From Burkholderiales bacterium (GTDB lineage: Bacteria > Pseudomonadota > Gammaproteobacteria > Burkholderiales > SG8-39), in assembly GCA_035517095.1 (NCBI GenBank), contig DATIZK010000012.1, positions 8,843 through 72,842 on the forward strand: a stretch of 64,000 nucleotides of DNA, written 5' to 3'. Below, piece by piece: positions 20,700 to 30,520 of the stretch. Both the position numbers and the translations under genes were made by a program. The notes below the pieces were generated by a model, which did no database searches, was not told the DNA's origin, and saw only the letters and a list, made by a program, of their open reading frames with translations. Positions within the stretch are counted from its first letter, which is position 1. Every line of letters starts with the position of its first letter.

Positions 20700-23600
20700 G
20701 CCGCCCCGGCCCCTTCGGCCGCGGAGTCGACCCGCCGCGCCAGGCGGTCGAAGGCGAGGTAGATCACCGGCGTGGTGAACAGCGTGATCACCTGGCTGAA
20801 GATCAGGCCGCCGACGATGGTGATGCCGAGCGGATGGCGCAGCTCCGAGCCCACCCCGGTGCCCAGCATCAGCGGCAGCGCGCTGAACAGCGCCGCCATG
20901 GTGGTCATCATGATCGGGCGGAAGCGCAGCAGACAGGCCTGGTAGATCGCCTCGCGCGGGCTCTTGCCCTCGTGCCGCTCGGCGTCGAGCGCGAAGTCGA
21001 CCATCATGATCGCGTTCTTCTTCACGATGCCGATCAGCAGGATGATGCCGATGATGCCGATCACGCCCAGGTCGGTGCGCGCGAGCATCAGCGCGAGCAG
21101 CGCGCCCACCCCGGCCGAGGGCAGCGTCGAGAGGATGGTGATGGGGTGGATGTAGCTCTCGTACAGCACCCCGAGCACGATGTACACGGTGACGATCGCG
21201 GCCAGGATCAGCAGCAGCTCGTTGCCGAGCGAGGCGCGGAAAGCGAGCGCGGCGCCCTGGAAGCTGGTGTTCACCGAGGCCGGCATGCCGAGCTCCTGCT
21301 CGGCGCGCTGGATCGCGTCGACCGCCGCCCCGAGCGAAGCGCCGGGGGCGACGTCGAACGACACCGTCGCGGCGGGAAACTGGCCCAGGTGGTTGACCAC
21401 CAGCGAGGCGGGCTTCTCCTCGGTGCGCGTGAGCGAGCTGAGCGGAACCTGGGCGCCGGCGGAGGACGGCAGGTACAGGCCGCCCAGGGCCTGCGGCCCG
21501 GCGCGGAAATCCGGCTGCACCTCGAGCACCACGCGGTACTGGTTGGACTGGGTGAAGATGGTCGAGACCAGGCGCTGGCCGAAGGCGTCGTAGAGCGCGT
21601 TGTCGACCGCCGCCGGGGTGATTCCCAGGCGCCCCGCGCTGTCGCGGTCGATGGCGAGGAACGCCTGCAGGCCCTGGTCCTGCAGGTCCGAGGTGACGTC
21701 GGCCAGCTCGGGCAGCTGCTTTAGCCGCTCGACCAGCTTGCCGGTCCAGAGCGACAGCAGCGCGGGGTCCGCGGTCTCGAGGGTGAACTGGTACTGGGTG
21801 CGGCTGATGCGGTCCTCGATGGTGAGGTCCTGCACCGGCTGCATGTAGAGCCGGATCCCCGGCAGGCCGGCCAGGCGCGCCTGCAGGCGGCGGATCACTT
21901 GCGTTGCGCTCGCGCGGCGCTCGGCCAGGGGCTTGAGGTTGATCAGCACGCGGCCGCTGTTGAGCGTGGTGTTGGTGCCGTCGACGCCGATGAACGAGGA
22001 CAGGCTCTCGACCGCGGGATCCTCGAGCACGGCCTTGGCGAGCGCCTGCTGGCGCTCGGCCATGGCGGCGAAGGAAACCGTTTGCGGCGCCTCCGAGATG
22101 CCCTGGATCACGCCGGTGTCCTGCACCGGGAAGAAGCCCTTGGGCACGTAGACGTAGAGCAGCACCGTGAGCACCAGGGTGGCGAGCGCGACCAGCAGCG
22201 TCGCGCCCTGGCGGTCCAGCACCCAGTCGAGCGCCCTGCCGTAGCGCGCGATCAGGGCGTCGAACCACCTGCCGCTGGCGCGGTAGAAGGCGCTCTGCTC
22301 GGCCTCGGGCACGTGGCGCAGCAGGCGCGCGCACATCATCGGCGTGAGCGTGAGCGAGACCACGGCCGAGATCAGGATCGCCACCGCCAGGGTGATCGCG
22401 AACTCGCGGAACAGCCGCCCCACCACGTCGCCCATGAACAGCAGCGGGATCAGCACCGCGATGAGCGAGAAGGTGAGCGAGATGATGGTGAAGCCTATCT
22501 GCTCGGAGCCCCTGAGCGCCGCGTCGAGCGGTTTCATGCCCTGCTCGATGTAGCGCGCGATGTTCTCGATCATCACGATCGCGTCGTCGACCACGAAGCC
22601 GGTGGCGATGGTGAGCGCCATCAGGGTCAGGTTGTTGATGCTGAAGCCGGCCAGGTACATGACGCCGAAGGTGCCCACCAGCGACAGCGGCACCGCGATG
22701 CTCGGGATCACGGTGCCCGCCGCGCTGCGCAGAAACAGGAAAATGACCATCACCACCAGCGCCACCGCGAGCAGCAGCTCGAACTGCACGTCGTGCACCG
22801 AGGCGCGGATGGTGGTGGTGCGGTCGGTAAGCAGCGCGACGTCGATCGACGCCGGCAGCGTCGCGCGCAGCTGCGGCAGCAGCCGCTTGATGCGGTCGAC
22901 CACCTCGATCACGTTGGCGCCGGGCTGGCGCTGGATGTTGACGATCACCGCCGGAACGTCGTTCATCCAGGCCGCCAGGCGCGCGTTCTCGGCGCCCTGG
23001 GTCACCGTTCCCAGGTCGGACAGGCGGATCGGGGCGCCGTTGCGGTAGGCCACCACCACGTCGCGGTACTGCGCCGCGGACTGGATCTGGTCGTTGGCGT
23101 CGATGGTGTAGGCGCGCTCCGGGCCGTCGAAGCTGCCCTTGGCCTGGTTGACGTTGGCAGTGACGATCGCGCTGCGCACGTCCTCCAGGCCCAGGCCGTT
23201 GGCCGCCAGCGCCTTGGGGTTGAGCGCGACGCGCACCGCCGGCCGCTGGCCGCCGGAGATCGTCACCAGTCCCACCCCGGTAAGCTGCGAGATCTTCTGC
23301 GCCAGGCGCGTGTCGGCGAGGTCCTCGATGTCCGGCAGCGGCAGCGAGGCCGAGGTCAGGCCCAGGGTCAGGATCGGCGCGTCGGCCGGGTTGACCTTGC
23401 TGTACACCGGCGGCGCCGGCAGGTCGGAGGGCAGGAAGTTCGATCCGGCATTGATCGCCGCCTGCACCTCCTGCTCGGCCACGTCGAGGCTCAGATCGAG
23501 GCTGAACTGGAGCGTGATCACCGACGCGCCGCCCGAGCTGGTCGAGGACATCTGCTTCAGCCCGGGCATCTGGCCGAACTGGCGCTCCAGCGGCGCGGTG

Positions 23601-23788
23601 ACCGAGGAAGTCATGACGTCGGGACTGGCGCCGGGGTAGAAGGTGACCACCTGGATGGTCGGGTAATCGACCTCGGGCAGCGCCGACAGCGCCAGCTGGC
23701 GGTAAGCGATGATGCCCGAGAGCAGAATGGCGACCATCAGCAACGAAGTCGCCACCGGCCGGAGGATGAACGACCGCGAGGGGTTCAT
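20696..23788 (-). CDS. mdtB: RND multidrug efflux permease, MdtB-like (1030 aa)
   Basis: Track ORF: [72 protein letters not shown]... Confidence 0.92.
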   Translation of the reverse strand: MNPSRSFILRPVATSLLMVAILLSGIIAYRQLALSALPEVDYPTIQVVTFYPGASPDVMTSSVTAPLERQFGQMPGLKQMSSTSSGGASVITLQFSLDLSLDVAEQEVQAAINAGSNFLPSDLPAPPVYSKVNPADAPILTLGLTSASLPLPDIEDLADTRLAQKISQLTGVGLVTISGGQRPAVRVALNPKALAANGLGLEDVRSAIVTANVNQAKGSFDGPERAYTIDANDQIQSAAQYRDVVVAYRNGAPIRLSDLGTVTQGAENARLAAWMNDVPAVIVNIQRQPGANVIEVVDRIKRLLPQLRATLPASIDVALLTDRTTTIRASVHDVQFELLLAVALVVMVIFLFLRSAAGTVIPSIAVPLSLVGTFGVMYLAGFSINNLTLMALTIATGFVVDDAIVMIENIARYIEQGMKPLDAALRGSEQIGFTIISLTFSLIAVLIPLLFMGDVVGRLFREFAITLAVAILISAVVSLTLTPMMCARLLRHVPEAEQSAFYRASGRWFDALIARYGRALDWVLDRQGATLLVALATLVLTVLLYVYVPKGFFPVQDTGVIQGISEAPQTVSFAAMAERQQALAKAVLEDPAVESLSSFIGVDGTNTTLNSGRVLINLKPLAERRASATQVIRRLQARLAGLPGIRLYMQPVQDLTIEDRISRTQYQFTLETADPALLSLWTGKLVERLKQLPELADVTSDLQDQGLQAFLAIDRDSAGRLGITPAAVDNALYDAFGQRLVSTIFTQSNQYRVVLEVQPDFRAGPQALGGLYLPSSAGAQVPLSSLTRTEEKPASLVVNHLGQFPAATVSFDVAPGASLGAAVDAIQRAEQELGMPASVNTSFQGAALAFRASLGNELLLILAAIVTVYIVLGVLYESYIHPITILSTLPSAGVGALLALMLARTDLGVIGIIGIILLIGIVKKNAIMMVDFALDAERHEGKSPREAIYQACLLRFRPIMMTTMAALFSALPLMLGTGVGSELRHPLGITIVGGLIFSQVITLFTTPVIYLAFDRLARRVDSAAEGAGAA

Positions 23789-23797
23789 CTCACCGCC

Positions 23798-25012
23798 TCA
23801 CGAGCCGCTGGCGTCGTCGGGCCGCGTGCGGCGCTTTTTCTTCTGGGCCGGCGGGCGCGAGATGGCCGCCTGCGCCGCCTCGCGCGTGGTCGGCGCGACC
23901 TTGGCGCCCTCGCGCAGGCGGTCGGTGCCGTCGATCACCACCTTGTCGCCCGCGGCCACGCCCGAGAGCACCGCGGTAAGCTCGCCTTCGCTCGGGCCGA
24001 GCTTGACCGGGCGCAGGGCCACGGTGTCGTCGGGCTTGACCACGAACACGTACATGCCCTGGCTGCCGCGCTGCGCCGCGCTCGCCGGCATGGTGACCAC
24101 GCCTTGCAGCGTGTCGATCAGCATGCGCACGTTGACGAACTGCTGCGCGAACAGGCGCCCGTCCTTGTTGCCGAACTCGGCCTTGATCTTCACCGTGCCG
24201 GTGGTCGGGTCGATCTGGTTGTCGAGCGCCAGCAGCCAGCCGGAGGCGAGCTTGGTGGTGTCCTCGCGCCCGAAGGCGTCCACCGGAATGCGCTTGCCCT
24301 CGCTCATGCGCTTCAGCACCGCCGGCAGGCTGTCCTGCGGGATCGAGAACACCACCGTGATCGGGTCCTGGCGGGTGATCACCACCAGCCCGTTGGCGTC
24401 GGCCGCGTGCACCACGTTGCCGGGATCGACCAGGCGCAGGCCGACGCGCCCGGAGATCGGGGCGGTGACGCGCGCGTAGACCAGCTGCAGCCTGGCGTTG
24501 TCGATCTGCGCCTGGTCGAGCTTGAGCGTGCCTTCGTATTGCTTGACCAGCGACTGCTGGGTCGCGACCTGCTGCTCGGCGATCGAGTCCTGCTTGAGCA
24601 GGGTGCGGTAGCGCTCCAGGTCGATGCGCGCGTTGGCGAGCAGCGCCTGGTCGTGCGCCATCTGCCCCTGGGCCTGCTCCAGCTGCACCTGGTAGGGGCG
24701 CGGGTCGATCTGGGCCAGCAGGTCGCCCGCCTTCACCAGCTGGCCCTCCTTGAAGTGCACCGACATCAGCTGGCCGTCGACCCGGGTGTGCACGGTCACC
24801 GTCTCGAGCGGCGTGACCGTGCCCAGCCCCGAGAGGTAGACGTTCACGTTTCCGGTCTGGGCCGTGGCGACGATCACCGGCGCCGGGCCGGCGTCCCCGC
24901 CGGCGGGCCCGCCGCGGCGCGCCTGCTGCGCCCCGCTCAGGTGTACGCCCAGCGCGAGCGCCGCCGTGACGGCGGCGAGCGCAAGCGCGGCTTTTTTGGG
25001 CAGGGCGTTCAT
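23798..25012 (-). CDS. mdtA: RND efflux periplasmic adaptor (membrane fusion protein), MdtA-like
   Basis: Track ORF 23798..25084, trimmed to ATG 25012: [23 protein letters not shown]... (signal/anchor), followed by coiled-coil and barrel-sandwich sequence: [20 protein letters not shown]. Confidence 0.9.
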   Translation of the reverse strand: MNALPKKAALALAAVTAALALGVHLSGAQQARRGGPAGGDAGPAPVIVATAQTGNVNVYLSGLGTVTPLETVTVHTRVDGQLMSVHFKEGQLVKAGDLLAQIDPRPYQVQLEQAQGQMAHDQALLANARIDLERYRTLLKQDSIAEQQVATQQSLVKQYEGTLKLDQAQIDNARLQLVYARVTAPISGRVGLRLVDPGNVVHAADANGLVVITRQDPITVVFSIPQDSLPAVLKRMSEGKRIPVDAFGREDTTKLASGWLLALDNQIDPTTGTVKIKAEFGNKDGRLFAQQFVNVRMLIDTLQGVVTMPASAAQRGSQGMYVFVVKPDDTVALRPVKLGPSEGELTAVLSGVAAGDKVVIDGTDRLREGAKVAPTTREAAQAAISRPPAQKKKRRTRPDDASGS

Positions 25013-25129
25013 GGCTGCGGACGTGATTGTGCGGCAAACCGCGCCTGCGCGAGCGCCCGGCGGCAAAACATTTACGCCAGACAACGTTTCGCTACCCAGC
25101 TTTACGTGGCGGAAACAATCCGCGCCCGG

Positions 25130-25450
25130 CTAGATCGCCTCCCGCGGCGCGCGCGGCAGCTGCGGCGCGCGCCGCAGCGGCCCGTCGACCGCCGAGGCGA
25201 GGGCGGCGAGCGCGTCGAGCAGCGCGTCGCGCTCGAGGCGGTAGAGCACGCGCTGGCCCTGGCGCTCGGCCGACACCAGCCCCGCGCGCTGCAGCACCGC
25301 CAGGTGGCGCGACACCGCCGGCGCGCTGATGCCGAAGCGCAGCGCGAGCTCGCTGGTCGACAGCGCGGTCTGGGCCAGGAACGCGATCACCTCGCGCCGC
25401 GGCGCCGAGGCCAGCGCGGCGAACACGGACTGGTGAGGATTAACATCCAT
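25130..25450 (-). CDS. ArsR/SmtB-family transcriptional regulator (106 aa)
   Basis: Track ORF 25130..25531, trimmed to ATG 25450: MDVNPHQSVFAALASAPRREVIAFLAQTALSTSELALRFGISAPAVSRHLAVLQRAGLVSAERQGQRVLY. Winged-HTH ArsR signature. Confidence 0.85.
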   Translation of the reverse strand: MDVNPHQSVFAALASAPRREVIAFLAQTALSTSELALRFGISAPAVSRHLAVLQRAGLVSAERQGQRVLYRLERDALLDALAALASAVDGPLRRAPQLPRAPREAI

Positions 25451-25456
25451 GTTAAT
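25439..25456. promoter_or_regulatory. 18-bp palindrome ATTAACAT-CC-ATGTTAAT overlapping the ArsR start codon (candidate autoregulatory operator)
   Basis: Read directly: perfect 8-bp arms with a 2-bp spacer, AT-rich in GC-rich DNA. It lies in the divergent arsR/ilvE region. Confidence 0.4.
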
Positions 25457-25518
25457 AGTATGGCGGATTTTGCGCCGCTGTGGGTAGAATGCCGCGACAC
25501 TCAAGGAGAACCCTGTCC

Positions 25519-26496
25519 ATGGCGAAGGCAAACGCGCCGCTCTCGATGGCCGACCGCGACGGCTGGATCTGGTACGACGGCAAGCTGGTGCCGTGGCGCT
25601 CGGCCACGACCCACGTGCTTACCCACTCGCTGCACTACGGGCTGGCGGTGTTCGAAGGGCTGCGCGCCTACAAGACCGCCGACGGGACCGCGATCTTCCG
25701 CCTCAGGGAGCACACCCAGCGCCTGATCAATTCGGGACACATCTACCTGATGAAGATCCCGTACACGCGCGAGAAGCTGATGCAGGCGCAGATCGAGGTG
25801 GTGCAGGCCAACGCGCACGAGTCCTGCTACGTGCGGCCGATCGCGTTCTACGGCTCGGAGAAGATGGGCGTCTCGCCGATCGGCGCGACGGTGCACGTGG
25901 CGATCGCGGCCTGGCCCTGGGGCGCCTACCTCGGCCCCGAGGCGCTCGCCAAGGGCATCCGGGTCAAGACCTCCTCCTACGCGCGCCACCACGTCAACGT
26001 CACCATGGCGCGCGCGAAGATGTCTGGCACCTACCCCAACTCGGTGCTGGCGACGCTCGAGGCGACGCAGCACGGCTACGACGAAGGGCTGCTGCTGGAC
26101 GTCGACGGCTTCGTCGCCGAGGGCGCGGGCGAGAACATATTCCTGGTCAAGGACGGCACGATCTACGAGCCGGAGCTGACCTCGGCGCTCACCGGCATCA
26201 CGCGCAGCACCGTGATCGAGCTGGCCGAAGGGCTCGGCTACAAGGTGATCGCCAAGCGCCTCACGCGCGACGACATCTACATCGCCGACGAGTGCTTCTT
26301 CACCGGCACCGCGGCCGAGGTGACCCCGATCCGCGAGCTCGACGGGCGCACCATCGGCGCGGGCAAGGCCGGCCCGGTGACCAAGCGGCTGCAGAAGGCC
26401 TTCTTCGACGTCGTCACCGGCAAGGATCGCAGGCACAAGCACTGGATGACGCCGGTGCCGATGAAGCAGGCGCCAAGGAAAGGAACCAAGCGATGA
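25519..26496 (+). CDS. ilvE: Branched-chain amino acid aminotransferase
   Basis: Track ORF 25480..26496. I prefer ATG 25519, which is preceded by AAGGAGA. ...HSLHYGLAVFEGLRAY...YVRPIAFYG...SGTYPNSVLATLEA...EGAGENIFLV...ECFFTGTAAEVTPI. Class IV aminotransferase motifs. Confidence 0.93.
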   Translation: MAKANAPLSMADRDGWIWYDGKLVPWRSATTHVLTHSLHYGLAVFEGLRAYKTADGTAIFRLREHTQRLINSGHIYLMKIPYTREKLMQAQIEVVQANAHESCYVRPIAFYGSEKMGVSPIGATVHVAIAAWPWGAYLGPEALAKGIRVKTSSYARHHVNVTMARAKMSGTYPNSVLATLEATQHGYDEGLLLDVDGFVAEGAGENIFLVKDGTIYEPELTSALTGITRSTVIELAEGLGYKVIAKRLTRDDIYIADECFFTGTAAEVTPIRELDGRTIGAGKAGPVTKRLQKAFFDVVTGKDRRHKHWMTPVPMKQAPRKGTKR

Positions 26497-26693
26497 GCAT
26501 CCAGGCGAGCGACAAGGCGCGCCGGGTCGAAGTGACCGAGAAGGACCTGCCGCTGCACTGCCCGCTGCCCACCGCCCCGCTGTGGGCGCGGCACCCGCGC
26601 GTGTTCCTCGACGTCGCCGACCCGGGCGAGATGCTTTGCCCGTACTGCGGCACCCTTTATGTCTACAAGGGCGCCCCGCCGCGGGGCCACTGA
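26493..26693 (+). CDS. Small zinc-finger (zf-CHCC type) protein, 66 aa
   Basis: In frame within track ORF 25593..26693 from ATG 26493 (ATGA overlap with the ilvE stop): MSIQASDKARRVEVTEKDLPLHCPLP...MLCPYCGTLYVYKG. H-C...C-x2-C ligand pattern. Confidence 0.7.
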   Translation: MSIQASDKARRVEVTEKDLPLHCPLPTAPLWARHPRVFLDVADPGEMLCPYCGTLYVYKGAPPRGH

Positions 26694-27681
26694 GCCCGCG
26701 CGACTCCTCGTCGTCGCGCCGAACTGGATCGGCGACGCGCTGATGGCGCAGCCGCTGCTCGCGCGCCTGCGCGCGAAGCGGCCCGCGGTGCGCATCGACG
26801 TGCTGGCACCCGACTGGGTCGCGCCGGTGCTGCGCCGCATGCCGGGCGTGGACGAAGTGATCGCCGCGCCGCTGCGCCACGGCGCGCTGCAGCTGCGCGA
26901 GCGCTGGCGCCTCGGGCGCATGCTGCGCGCGCGCGGCTACGACCAGGCGATCGTGCTGCCCAACAGCTGGAAATCCGGCCTGGTGCCGTTCTTCGCCGAC
27001 ATCCCGCTGCGCAGCGGCTACGTCGGCGAGGCGCGCTACGGGCTGCTGAATCTGCTCTACCGGGCTCAAGCGCCGCGCGAGCCGATGGCGCTGCACTACG
27101 CGCGGCTATCCGAGCCGCCGGGCAGCGCGCCGGCGCTGCCGCTGCCCGAGCCGCGCCTGGCGCAGGACGCGCAAAGCGCGCGCGCCACCGCGGCGCGCTT
27201 CGCAATCGAAGGGCGCTACGCGGTGCTCTGCCCCGGGGCGGAATACGGGCCGGCCAAGCGCTGGCCCTATTTCGCCGCGCTCGCCGCGCGCATGCCGCTG
27301 CCGGTGGTGCTGCTCGGATCGGCGCGCGACCGGGAGGCCTGCGCCGGGGTGCCAGGCCTCGACCTCGCGGGCAGGACCTCGCTCGCCGAGGCGCTCGATC
27401 TGATCGCCGGCGCCGAGCTGGTGGTAAGCAACGACTCGGGCCTGATGCACGTCGCCGCCGCGCTCGAGCGCCCGCAAGTCGCCCTGTTCGGCTCTTCCAG
27501 CCCGGAGCACACGCCGCCGCTGTCGGCGCGCGCGCGCGTCCTGTGGCTGCGCCTCGAGTGCAGCCCCTGTTACGCGCGCGCCTGCCCGCTGGGGCATTTC
27601 CGCTGCATGAAAGAGCTCGGCGTCGAGCGCGTGCTCGATGAGGTCGCGCGCCTCGGCGTGCTAACATCGCCCGCCGCGTGA
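26659..27681 (+). CDS. waaF: ADP-heptose:LPS heptosyltransferase II
   Basis: Track ORF, 340 aa: ...LLVVAPNWIGDALMAQPLLARL...IVLPNSWKSGLVPFFADIPLRSGYVGEARYGLLN...PGAEYGPAKRWP...VSNDSGLMHVAAAL. The only start codon in this frame is ATG 26659, which overlaps the zf gene by 35 nt. Confidence 0.88.
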   Translation: MSTRAPRRGATEPARLLVVAPNWIGDALMAQPLLARLRAKRPAVRIDVLAPDWVAPVLRRMPGVDEVIAAPLRHGALQLRERWRLGRMLRARGYDQAIVLPNSWKSGLVPFFADIPLRSGYVGEARYGLLNLLYRAQAPREPMALHYARLSEPPGSAPALPLPEPRLAQDAQSARATAARFAIEGRYAVLCPGAEYGPAKRWPYFAALAARMPLPVVLLGSARDREACAGVPGLDLAGRTSLAEALDLIAGAELVVSNDSGLMHVAAALERPQVALFGSSSPEHTPPLSARARVLWLRLECSPCYARACPLGHFRCMKELGVERVLDEVARLGVLTSPAA

Positions 27682-28118
27682 CGATACGGATCCTCCCCAC
27701 CGCGCAGGACGCCGAGAACGCCTTCTACGAGGCGCTCGAGCGCGCCGACCTGGAAGCCATGATGAGCGTCTGGGCCGAGGACGAGGAGATCGTGTGCGTG
27801 CACCCGGGCGGGCCGCGCCTGACCGGGCAGGACGAAGTGCGCGAGAGCTGGCGCCGGATCTTCGCCGGCGGCGCCGGCGCGCGGGTCCAGGTCAACCTGC
27901 AGGCGCAGACTTCGGGCGTCATGTTCGCGGTGCACAGCGTGCTCGAGAGCTTCGTCGTCGAAGGCCAGGCGCAGCCGGCCGCGGTGGTCGCGACCAACGT
28001 CTACCTGCGCACGCCGGCGGGCTGGCGCATGCTCGTGCACCATGCTTCGCCCGCCGTGCAGCGCGCGCGCGGCCAGGCGCAGCCGGCGGCGCGCGAAACG
28101 CCGAAGATCCTGCATTGA
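27678..28118 (+). CDS. SnoaL/NTF2-like (DUF4440-type) small protein, 146 aa
   Basis: Track ORF with GTG start overlapping the waaF stop: ...AENAFYEALERADLEAMMSVWAEDEEIVCVHPGGPRLTGQDEVRESWRRIF. The pattern is typical of NTF2-like fold proteins. The family call is from memory only. Confidence 0.6.
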   Translation: MTIRILPTAQDAENAFYEALERADLEAMMSVWAEDEEIVCVHPGGPRLTGQDEVRESWRRIFAGGAGARVQVNLQAQTSGVMFAVHSVLESFVVEGQAQPAAVVATNVYLRTPAGWRMLVHHASPAVQRARGQAQPAARETPKILH

Positions 28119-29053
28119 CCGGCTACGTCGCGCCCGCGTGGCTGCCGGGCGGGCACCTGCAGACGCTGTACGCCGCGCTGCGCCCGCCGCCTCGCCCGCT
28201 GCTGGCGCGCGAGCGCTGGGAGACCCCGGATGGCGACTTCATCGACGTCGATTTCGCCGGTCCGCCCGGCGCCGCGCGCCTGCTGGTGCTGTTCCACGGC
28301 CTGGAAGGCAGCTCCGCGAGCCACTACGCGCGCGCGATCGCCGCGCATGCCCACGAGCGCGGCTGGCGCTGCGCGCTGCCGCACTTCCGCGGCTGCTCGG
28401 GCGAGCCGAACCGGCTGCCGCGCGCCTACCACTCGGGCGACAGCGAAGAGATCGACTGGATCCTGCGCCGCCTGCGCGCCGGCCGCGCGCAGGCGCTGTT
28501 CGCGGCCGGGGTATCGCTCGGCGGCAACGTCCTGCTCAAGTGGCTCGGCGAGCGCGGCGTCGCGGCCGGCGCGATCGTGCGGCGCGCGGTCGCGGTCTCG
28601 GCGCCGATTGACCTGGTCGCCGCGGGCTTCACGCTCGACCGCGGCTTCAATCGCGAGCTCTACACGCGCGTCTTTCTTGCCACGATGAAGCGCAAGGCGC
28701 TGGCCAAGCTCGAGCGCTTTCCCGGGCTGTACGACGCGCGGCGGGTAGCGCGCGCGCGCACGCTGTACGAGTTCGACGACCTGGTGACCGCGCCGCTGCA
28801 CGGCTTTCGCGGCGTGCGCGACTACTGGACGCGCGCCTCCGCGGCGCCGTGGCTGGAGCGGGTGCGCGTGCCGACGCTGCTGCTGAACGCGCTAAACGAC
28901 CCGTTCCTGCCGGCCGAGGCGCTGCTCGCGGCGAGCCGCCCGGCGGCGCGCGAGGTGGTGCTAGAATTTCCGGCGACGGGCGGACACGCCGGATTTCCGG
29001 CGCGCCGTCCGTGGTTAGCGCAGCGCATCGCCGAATTCCTCTCCGCCGCGTGA
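28115..29053 (+). CDS. Alpha/beta-fold hydrolase, YheT-like (312 aa)
   Basis: In frame within track ORF 27794..29053 from TTG 28115 (TTGA overlap): LTGYVAPAWLPGGHLQTLYAAL...LLVLFHGLEGSSASHYA...AAGVSLGGNVLLKWLGE (nucleophile elbow GxSxG). Confidence 0.85.
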   Translation: MTGYVAPAWLPGGHLQTLYAALRPPPRPLLARERWETPDGDFIDVDFAGPPGAARLLVLFHGLEGSSASHYARAIAAHAHERGWRCALPHFRGCSGEPNRLPRAYHSGDSEEIDWILRRLRAGRAQALFAAGVSLGGNVLLKWLGERGVAAGAIVRRAVAVSAPIDLVAAGFTLDRGFNRELYTRVFLATMKRKALAKLERFPGLYDARRVARARTLYEFDDLVTAPLHGFRGVRDYWTRASAAPWLERVRVPTLLLNALNDPFLPAEALLAASRPAAREVVLEFPATGGHAGFPARRPWLAQRIAEFLSAA

Positions 29054-30423
29054 GCGTCCCCGCCGAAATCTTCCGTGCCTACGACATCCGCGGCGTCGTC
29101 GGGCGCACGCTCACGCCCGCGATCGTGCGCGAGGTCGGCCGCGCCCTGGGCAGCCTCGGCCGCGAGCGGGGCGCGAGCGGCTTCGCGCTCGGGCGCGACG
29201 GGCGCCACTCGGGGCCGCAGCTCGCGCACGCGCTCGCCGAAGGACTGTGCGCCGCCGGCGCGGACGTGATCGACCTCGGCATGGTGCCGACGCCCGTGAC
29301 CTACTTCGCCGCGCACCACCTCGGCTGCGGCAGCTGCGTGGCGGTGACCGGCAGCCACAACCCGCCCGAGTACAACGGCCTGAAGATGGTGGTCGCGGGC
29401 GAGACCCTCGCGGGCGAGGCGATCCAGGACCTGCGCCGGCGCATCGAGGCCGGGCGCGTCGCCTCGGGCGCGGGCAAGCGCAGCCGCGCCGACGTGCTCG
29501 AGGCCTACGTCGAGCGCATCGCGCGCGACGTGAAGCTCGCGCGCGCGATGCGCATCGCGCTCGATTGCGGCAACGGCGTCGCGGGGATGCTCGCGCCGCG
29601 CCTCTACCGGCGCCTCGGCTGCGAGGTCGAGGAGCTGTACTGCGAGGTCGACGGCGACTTCCCGCATCACCACCCCGATCCCTCCCGCCCGGAAAACCTG
29701 GCCGAGCTCATCGCGCGCCTGAAGGCGGGCCCGAGCGAGCTCGGCCTCGGTTTCGACGGCGACGGCGACCGCCTGGGCGTGGTCACCAAGGACGGCGAGA
29801 TCGTCTTCCCCGACCGCCAGCTGATGCTGTTCGCGGCCGACGTGCTGTCGCGCAACCCCGGCGCCGAGATCATCTACGACGTCAAGTCGACCCGCCTGCT
29901 CGCGCCCTGGATCGAGCGCCACGGCGGCCGGCCGCTGATCTGGAAGACCGGGCACTCGTTCATCAAGGCCAAGCTGCGGCAGACCGGCGCGCCGCTGGCG
30001 GGCGAGATGTCGGGCCACACCTTCTTCAAGGAGCGCTGGTACGGCTTCGACGACGCGCTCTACGCGGGCGCGCGCCTGCTCGAGATCCTGTCGCGCGATC
30101 CCGACGCGAACCGGGCGCTCAAGGCGCTGCCGAACGCGCCTTCCACTCCCGAGCTGCAGTGGACGCTCGCCGAGGGCGAGCCGCACGCGCTGGTCGCCAG
30201 GCTGCAGCAGGCCAGGCCCTTCCCGGGCGCCGAGCGCGTGCTCACCATCGACGGCGTGCGCGCCGAGTACGCGGACGGCTTCGGCCTCGCGCGCGCCTCC
30301 AACACCACGCCGGTGATCGTGCTGCGCTTCGAGGCCGATTCGAAGGCGGCGCTGCGCCGCATCCAGGAGGAATTCCGCGCCGCGCTGCAGCCCCTGAAGC
30401 CCGGCGCGCCGCTGCCGTTCTAG
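29050..30423 (+). CDS. algC: Phosphomannomutase/phosphoglucomutase
   Basis: In frame within track ORF 28849..30423 from GTG 29050 (GTGA overlap): VSVPAEIFRAYDIRGVVG...VAVTGSHNPPEYNGLKMV...GFDGDGDRLGVV...GEMSGHTFF. All four PMM/PGM motifs are present. Confidence 0.93.
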   Translation: MSVPAEIFRAYDIRGVVGRTLTPAIVREVGRALGSLGRERGASGFALGRDGRHSGPQLAHALAEGLCAAGADVIDLGMVPTPVTYFAAHHLGCGSCVAVTGSHNPPEYNGLKMVVAGETLAGEAIQDLRRRIEAGRVASGAGKRSRADVLEAYVERIARDVKLARAMRIALDCGNGVAGMLAPRLYRRLGCEVEELYCEVDGDFPHHHPDPSRPENLAELIARLKAGPSELGLGFDGDGDRLGVVTKDGEIVFPDRQLMLFAADVLSRNPGAEIIYDVKSTRLLAPWIERHGGRPLIWKTGHSFIKAKLRQTGAPLAGEMSGHTFFKERWYGFDDALYAGARLLEILSRDPDANRALKALPNAPSTPELQWTLAEGEPHALVARLQQARPFPGAERVLTIDGVRAEYADGFGLARASNTTPVIVLRFEADSKAALRRIQEEFRAALQPLKPGAPLPF

Positions 30424-30448
30424 CCGAGCTCGGCCGCCCCGATGAGCC

Positions 30449-30462
30449 TTGATCTTGGTCAA
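30449..30462 (+). promoter_or_regulatory. FNR/Anr-type box TTGAT-CTTG-GTCAA upstream of glpA
   Basis: 9/10 match to the consensus TTGAT-N4-ATCAA. Its centre is about 65 nt upstream of the glpA start. TAACAT (30484-30489) lies where a -10 box would sit for a class II (-41.5) site. Confidence 0.5.
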
Positions 30463-30520
30463 TAATGGCGCTCAGACCGCGCCTAACATTGCTTGCAGGC
30501 CCGCGTAGAAAGAGGCGGCA

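Noticed and set aside
16201-22334. Very long fused track ORFs 16201..20022(-) and 17589..22334(-), suggestive of giant proteins.
   Set aside because: Only the downstream part of each frame carries real homology (the OMF from 17592 and MdtC from 20699). The upstream portions are off-frame read-through of the neighbouring RND genes.
28959-28968. A second copy of TGCTAGAATT, the right arm of the 2339-2370 palindrome, which could have been a second operator.
   Set aside because: It lies inside the hydrolase coding sequence (codons V-L-E-F) and has no partner half-site. It is best explained as coincidence.
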